Position numbers and translations under genes: made by a program. From contig CAWCAG010000005.1 in the NCBI GenBank assembly GCA_963793425.1, forward strand, positions 1,600,001-1,664,000: a DNA stretch of 64,000 bases, in the 5' to 3' direction. This stretch comes from an uncultured cyanobacterium. GTDB lineage: Bacteria; Cyanobacteriota; Cyanobacteriia; Cyanobacteriales; CAWCAG01. Positions 58,934 to 64,000 of this stretch are shown here, piece by piece; position 1 is the first letter of the stretch, and the number at the start of each line of letters is the position of its first letter. The notes under the pieces are model-generated. The model worked only from the letters and a program-made list of their open reading frames with translations, was not told where the DNA came from and did not search any database.

Positions 58934-61237
58934 TTATGGTATTTCTTTAGGAGTTATAGTAGCAGGTTGGCACTGACCAATTACTTCTTGAGTAGATAAG
59001 TTACTTGAGGCGGTAACTTTGACTAGTTGTGCTGTTTCAATCCATCCGGAATCTTGGGTTAATGGAGTTGGAGTATTAGGAGATGGTGAAGGATTGGGGG
59101 AAGCTACTTGGGGAACTTGGCAAACTTGTACTCCTAGCCATTGAGGAGATGATGACGAAACTGAATTGATTTGTATGATACTTCCTGAAGGAATTTCTTT
59201 AATCGCTTTAGTTTGCTCTGGACTTCCTTCTTCTCTTGCTTGAAGGATGACTGCTTCAGAGAGTTGGAGGCGTGTTCCTGGCTGCCAAGTGGATGGGTTG
59301 AGGGCAGGAGGGGTAGTAGCCTCTGGCGTAGGAGATGGAGTAATTGCTGGAGTAGGGCTTACTTCTACTTCTCTGGTTAAAAGCTGATCTACTCTATTCT
59401 TAAAATTGGAGTTGAAAAAATACAAAGCCATTGCTCCTAAACCAGATGCTATAACTAACAACAGCACTAATAAACCGATTAAATGAGAACGACGCGGTCT
59501 GATTTTTCTTTCTTGAGAAGTAGAGGGGACGGTGGGAGAAGTTTGTAAGGTAGTAGGGCTAGAAGACTGTACTTGAGTCGTTGCCCCTTGTGTTGGAGCT
59601 GGTTTTGGGCTAGGAGAGGCAGTATATTTTAGGTTGTTGGGGAAAGCTAAAGCTGTTTGATTAGACTCGCTACTTGTTGAGTTTACTTGGCAGTAAAGCA
59701 ATGCAACAGTAGCATTGTCGTGACCATTTTTTTCATTGGCAATTTTAATCAAACGCTTTGTCGATGCTGCGACATCACCATTTTTGAGTACAGGTAGGAT
59801 TTCTCTTTCCCAATACTCCTCTACTCGATCTGAATCGCTTAACCCATCAGAACAAAGAAGAAAAACACTATTTTCATCTAAAATAACTCGCTGTACCGTC
59901 GGATGAAGAGTTTGAGAAGAACCCATACCTAAAGCTTGAACCAAAGAGCCAGAGGAAGGATTTTGGGTGGCATCTCGATAAAGAGAGTAACCCAGGCGTA
60001 CTTCTCTAGAAGCAACATCATCATCTATGGTGAGCTGATAACAACCTCCAGGAGTAATTAAATAGATTCGTGAGTCTCCCACATGGGAGATGTACATTTC
60101 GTGGTAGTGGGCAAAGGCAGATACTAAGGTTGTCCCCATTCTTTGCCTTTCATGGCGCTGTTCGCTATCATTAACCTCGCTGACAGTATCGTTAGCGACA
60201 GCAATAGCATTTTCTAAGGAATGGACAATTTTATAAGGATTCCAATGTTCTGGGTCAAAAGTCAAGTTTTCGACCCCTTCTCGCATTTTGGCGATTGCTA
60301 AAGCAGAAGCTACTTCTCCCCCCTCATGGCCACCAATACCATCACAAACAATCGCTAAAGCATCATGGTTTTGTTGAGGTGTTACTAACTGCTCAGCAGG
60401 GGGATAACAAGCATCTTCATTGCGATCGCGACTAGGGCCAGCATCAGTACTAGTAAAAATTTGATAATTTCTTTTTTGAGAGCGTCCGCATTTTAATCCT
60501 GCCCGATCTAAAACACCTACTAGTTGCGCTGGATCTACTAAGATTTCTTCAGTTAGTTTAGAGCAAAGTTGCTGTAAGAAATTCTCTAAGATGGGGGATG
60601 CCCCCGGTAGCCAAGATTGCCATAAATTTCCCAACTCAGCTAAGGATGGCTCGCTACTTTTCGGCTCTAAATTTAACTGACGTAGTTTGAATACGGCCCC
60701 ATTCACCCTCAGTAATTCAGGACTAAGCAAGCTAGAAGCAAGACCCTGATTCTTGAGAGGTTGCCACAACCTGGCCATCTGCCAGAGCCAATTAATCTGT
60801 CTTAGGGCTGTTGCACCTTGCCATACTTGTTCAATAGGAAGGAAAAAATCCCATAAAGATTGGTTAGGAAAAGTTTGTGTTGCCAAGAAACCGTACTCCA
60901 ATAACCAAATTGGTTCTTTCCCTTTACGAGTTTGTTCTGGGAGCAAGCCATAAATTTGGGGAATATTGAAGCGAAAAGGAAATAGCTTGAGATAAGGAGT
61001 AACCTGACTAGGAATTTCTTCGATGGTTACAGGAGGTAATTTCGGTTTCGTATCTACTACTACCCCTTCTTCTTCAATCAAATAGCGGTTGGCAATCAGT
61101 GTTCCTGGTTGATAGCTTTTTATCCCTTCCCCCAAAGCATAAAGATGGAGTTTCCCAGAGGAGTTATCTTGCTTCGCACCGAACCTACTATTTGGATTGT
61201 TGGGAGAATTGAACATGAGATTACTTGCTATATTCAA
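58934..61237 (-). CDS. PP2C-family Ser/Thr protein phosphatase, membrane-anchored
   Basis: RDRNED, VCDGIGGH, MGTT, HVGDSR, LCSDGL, GHDN; TM helix and Pro/Thr-rich tail. Confidence 0.92.
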   Translation of the reverse strand: MNIASNLMFNSPNNPNSRFGAKQDNSSGKLHLYALGEGIKSYQPGTLIANRYLIEEEGVVVDTKPKLPPVTIEEIPSQVTPYLKLFPFRFNIPQIYGLLPEQTRKGKEPIWLLEYGFLATQTFPNQSLWDFFLPIEQVWQGATALRQINWLWQMARLWQPLKNQGLASSLLSPELLRVNGAVFKLRQLNLEPKSSEPSLAELGNLWQSWLPGASPILENFLQQLCSKLTEEILVDPAQLVGVLDRAGLKCGRSQKRNYQIFTSTDAGPSRDRNEDACYPPAEQLVTPQQNHDALAIVCDGIGGHEGGEVASALAIAKMREGVENLTFDPEHWNPYKIVHSLENAIAVANDTVSEVNDSEQRHERQRMGTTLVSAFAHYHEMYISHVGDSRIYLITPGGCYQLTIDDDVASREVRLGYSLYRDATQNPSSGSLVQALGMGSSQTLHPTVQRVILDENSVFLLCSDGLSDSDRVEEYWEREILPVLKNGDVAASTKRLIKIANEKNGHDNATVALLYCQVNSTSSESNQTALAFPNNLKYTASPSPKPAPTQGATTQVQSSSPTTLQTSPTVPSTSQERKIRPRRSHLIGLLVLLLVIASGLGAMALYFFNSNFKNRVDQLLTREVEVSPTPAITPSPTPEATTPPALNPSTWQPGTRLQLSEAVILQAREEGSPEQTKAIKEIPSGSIIQINSVSSSSPQWLGVQVCQVPQVASPNPSPSPNTPTPLTQDSGWIETAQLVKVTASSNLSTQEVIGQCQPATITPKEIP

Positions 61238-61308
61238 CCATCACCTTGAGGGGTGCTGGGGGTGGAACTGGAATGGTGTTTTATAGTTTCATTGAGAATT
61301 TTGCTCTT

Positions 61309-61584
61309 TTATTCTCGCTCTTGAAGAATTTCTTGGGAATAATTTTGATTCTTTAATATACTGCTTTTAATTAATTGAGGCCAAATTAACAAAAAGTAAG
61401 TCCACCAAAGCAAAATGGGTAAAGAAATTAACAAAGTCAGCCAAATGGTTTTTGTCAATAACCAACTTCCAGCTATTACTACTGTACCAGTTAATAAAAT
61501 TGACCAAGGCTGACACCACCAAGGTTTATAGTTCCAAGGGTTTAGGGAGTCTTGATTGAACACTTGGTTAGTATTTTCCTGCAT
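61309..61584 (-). CDS. Small cyanobacterial membrane protein (DUF6737-like)
   Basis: [16 protein letters not shown] motif. Confidence 0.8.
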   Translation of the reverse strand: MQENTNQVFNQDSLNPWNYKPWWCQPWSILLTGTVVIAGSWLLTKTIWLTLLISLPILLWWTYFLLIWPQLIKSSILKNQNYSQEILQERE

Positions 61585-61921
61585 CTTCTGGACTTTCTAT
61601 TCTTGGCAGCCCCATACTGTAGTTAAGAACACGACTATTGAGGTTATAACTAAGTTGGCCGCTCTGTAAAAGAGAACGGATAAAATGTTCTAAATCAGAA
61701 CCAATGCGGCGCAAATTATATTCTGTTAAATCTTGATCCCCGCAGGACTCAACCAACTCATCAAATTTACGATAAATCCCCTGTAGGATTTCTTCACTCC
61801 AATCGAACTCATTATCTGGATCGACATCCAAAGTTAATACTCCGTCACTCTCATGAAGCTCATTATCCTTAACCTCAGCAGCAAAAATTCTGATGTGGCG
61901 GGTAGTGGATTTCAACAGCAT
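61568..61921 (-). CDS. ndhM: NDH-1 subunit M
   Basis: [43 protein letters not shown]. Confidence 0.96.
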   Translation of the reverse strand: MLLKSTTRHIRIFAAEVKDNELHESDGVLTLDVDPDNEFDWSEEILQGIYRKFDELVESCGDQDLTEYNLRRIGSDLEHFIRSLLQSGQLSYNLNSRVLNYSMGLPRIESPEDAGKY

Positions 61922-61978
61922 AGTAACTTCCTGCTTCTTTATACTTATTAAAATTGTAAGGGATTATTGATGGTTAAT

Positions 61979-62530
61979 TCAGCGCGAAATCATCCCTGTT
62001 TGGCGGGCATAGGCAAATATACCCCCCGCATCAATTACTGGCCCCACTTCGCCCAAGGATTTGAGAGGATAAACTTTCTTACCTAAAGAGTGATTAATAA
62101 GCTGATTCTGCTCAAAATCAATGGTAATTTCCTGACCAGTTACGAATTCTGAGGATAATAACTGAGTAGATTCCCAGGGATACAGTTCTCCTGTTGCTGA
62201 ACAGTTACGGAAGAAAATACGGGCATAGGAACCAGCTACTACTGCTTGAACTCCTGCTGCCCCTAAAGCAATGGGGGCGTGTTCACGGGAAGAGCCACAG
62301 CCAAAATTATCTCCAGCAATGATAATGGGATACTCTGTTTTCATTGCTCCTGGCTCAATAAAACGAGGGTAATGATCTGGTAAACCAACTAAAGCATAGC
62401 TACCTAATTTGGCATATTCATCAGGTTTGGAGGGAACTAAAGTTAAGTACTCCGCTGGGATGATTTGATCCGTATCGATATTATCTCCTACCACAAAAAT
62501 TTTGCCCCTAATTACCTTTCCCATAGCCAA
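61979..62530 (-). CDS. leuD: 3-isopropylmalate dehydratase small subunit
   Basis: NIDTDQIIPA, NFGCGSSREHA, ARIFFRN. Confidence 0.93.
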   Translation of the reverse strand: MAMGKVIRGKIFVVGDNIDTDQIIPAEYLTLVPSKPDEYAKLGSYALVGLPDHYPRFIEPGAMKTEYPIIIAGDNFGCGSSREHAPIALGAAGVQAVVAGSYARIFFRNCSATGELYPWESTQLLSSEFVTGQEITIDFEQNQLINHSLGKKVYPLKSLGEVGPVIDAGGIFAYARQTGMISR

Positions 62531-62668
62531 TTCTCCTGATTGATTTTTTTTTACATAGCAGCTTTTAATATTAAAGTCTTAACGATAAATCTTCAAATCC
62601 GCCAAGCTGAGATTAAAATTGTTGTCATGCTTCAGGGCTAATGTTAGATTTAAATTGCTAGACGGAAA

Positions 62669-63550
62669 ATGGCACATACACTAGAAAACATAGATAACAT
62701 CAAACGACAAGCTCATCAGGGGAGTGTTGCCGCAATTATCCAAATCTTGAATGAGCGTCTTGCTAATCGAGGAGTAAGGAGTAGAGCTGTTTTGGTAGAA
62801 GGAGTTTTGCAATTGCTTTGCGAAGCAGCACAACCAGAACAACTCGAACAAGCTTTACTAACTCAAGAGGTTAAGCAAATTTTAGAAGATATTGCCCCTC
62901 GCAATATTCATCGGGTTAACATCAATAGTCGTATCGTTAGGGAACAACAATTACTTTGGCTTGAAGAAATTAACCGTGATCGAGAAAAGCAATTACTTTG
63001 GTCAGAAGAAATTGCTTTATCTCGACCCAATTTTTTCCAAAGTCTCTTCCAGCAAGCTCAAGAATTTCAACTTCCTAGTCCCAAAAACCGCCATTCACCT
63101 CAACCAGATCGTTCTAATAAGCCAGCTAAACGCTCTTTCCGGCGTGGTTTATTAGGAGGTGTAGCCATAACTGCTTTGGTGTTTGCTGTTGGTACAATTG
63201 TAGCTAGTCGCCAGCTAGAGAAAATAACTAATCCTAATTGGAGTGCTTTACTCAAATCTCCCTCCCAGCCATCTCCCCAGACTGTTAGTTCCCCCCAGGT
63301 CAAAACCGAAGATCCTTTTGCTGAGGCAGTGAGATTGGCTGAAACGGCTTCGGCAGCCGGAAAAGATGCTCAAACTACGGCAGAATGGTCAGATATATCT
63401 CTTAAATGGCAGCAAGCATCCAACCTCATGGCAGCAGTACCTGTAGGTCACAATCGCTATGTTACTGCTCAAGATCGGATGATTCGCTATCGTCAAAATA
63501 GTGAAATTGCTCAACAGCAAGCAAAAACAGTGGCTAATAAAGTTGAATAG
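62669..63550 (+). CDS. Cyanobacterial-type hypothetical membrane protein
   Basis: QAHQGSVAAIIQILN..INSRIVREQQLLWLEEI, one TM helix, C-terminal helical domain. Confidence 0.8.
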   Translation: MAHTLENIDNIKRQAHQGSVAAIIQILNERLANRGVRSRAVLVEGVLQLLCEAAQPEQLEQALLTQEVKQILEDIAPRNIHRVNINSRIVREQQLLWLEEINRDREKQLLWSEEIALSRPNFFQSLFQQAQEFQLPSPKNRHSPQPDRSNKPAKRSFRRGLLGGVAITALVFAVGTIVASRQLEKITNPNWSALLKSPSQPSPQTVSSPQVKTEDPFAEAVRLAETASAAGKDAQTTAEWSDISLKWQQASNLMAAVPVGHNRYVTAQDRMIRYRQNSEIAQQQAKTVANKVE

Positions 63551-63695
63551 CTTGAATGCTTTTGATAGCCAGAATCTACGAGGGGGTATCCTAAAACCAA
63601 CATAATTAGGGATTTCGCTAATTGTGTTGGCAGGAATTAAGATTGAGAAAGTTCTTTGATGATTTATTCAAAATCAGCATGGCTCCCCTAATTTA

Positions 63696-64000
63696 ATGCC
63701 TTCACAGGAGAAAGTTGCCAGTAAGATGAAGCAAAATCAGGAAGCTAGCGAGATCGGCATTGAGATTCTTGATACTATCGAAAATAGTCAAGACTCTCAA
63801 AGTATTCTGCTCAATCTTGCTAAGACTTTAGGCAAAAGTTTTCAAGCCAATAGTTGTTTAGCGATCGCTGGTACTAATGCTGATGCCAACATCCAGGTAG
63901 CTTTGTGGGAGGACGGGGTTTCTAGTATTCCGATACTTGCTCAAAAGGAGCTACTTTCCCAGCCATTTTTTCAGAAAATTTTGGCTCAAAAGGAACCTTT
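63696..64000 (+). CDS. Partial CDS, possibly the N-terminus of a GAF sensor protein
   Basis: Frame open from ATG 63696 (or 63726) to the window end: ...QSILLNLAKTLGKSFQANSCLAIA... Confidence 0.55.
   Translation, partial: MPSQEKVASKMKQNQEASEIGIEILDTIENSQDSQSILLNLAKTLGKSFQANSCLAIAGTNADANIQVALWEDGVSSIPILAQKELLSQPFFQKILAQKEP

Overview
AT-rich chromosomal window from a cyanobacterium, judged from about 30 HIP1 GCGATCGC sites by eye, STRR-type heptamer repeats, and sipA, ndhM, hli and ycf66. The housekeeping backbone is intact: tpiA, an SPS-like glycosyltransferase, tRNA-Ser(GCT), thrS, gatB, tRNA-fMet, rsmH, malic enzyme, ndhM and leuD. Many accessory genes between these are broken the same way, with an N-terminus joined directly to a C-terminus and the middle missing. 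This applies to a NACHT NTPase, a sigma-like/DUF1822 fusion, a beta-lactamase/glnT fusion, an L7/L12-like gene, a restriction endonuclease, xisH, a chlH/bchH paralog, a Crp regulator and an IS630. The best candidate for a new system is 53.4-57.2 kb: a polymorphic-toxin or contractile-injection-effector-like gene followed by a shuffled array of immunity-like cassettes (Sel1, DUF6714-like, WG-repeat chimera, HEAT, and duplicated fragments). That gene has the QAKL...DKYEQEAD motif, two CxxCEAEKE repeats, a hydrophobic helix and a 4-Cys tail. Also notable are a ~57-nt candidate sRNA with an NsiR1-like 5' motif downstream of gatB, a MITE-like element, and a 21-nt insertion inside a HIP1 site. All family assignments are from motif recognition by eye; no database search was run.
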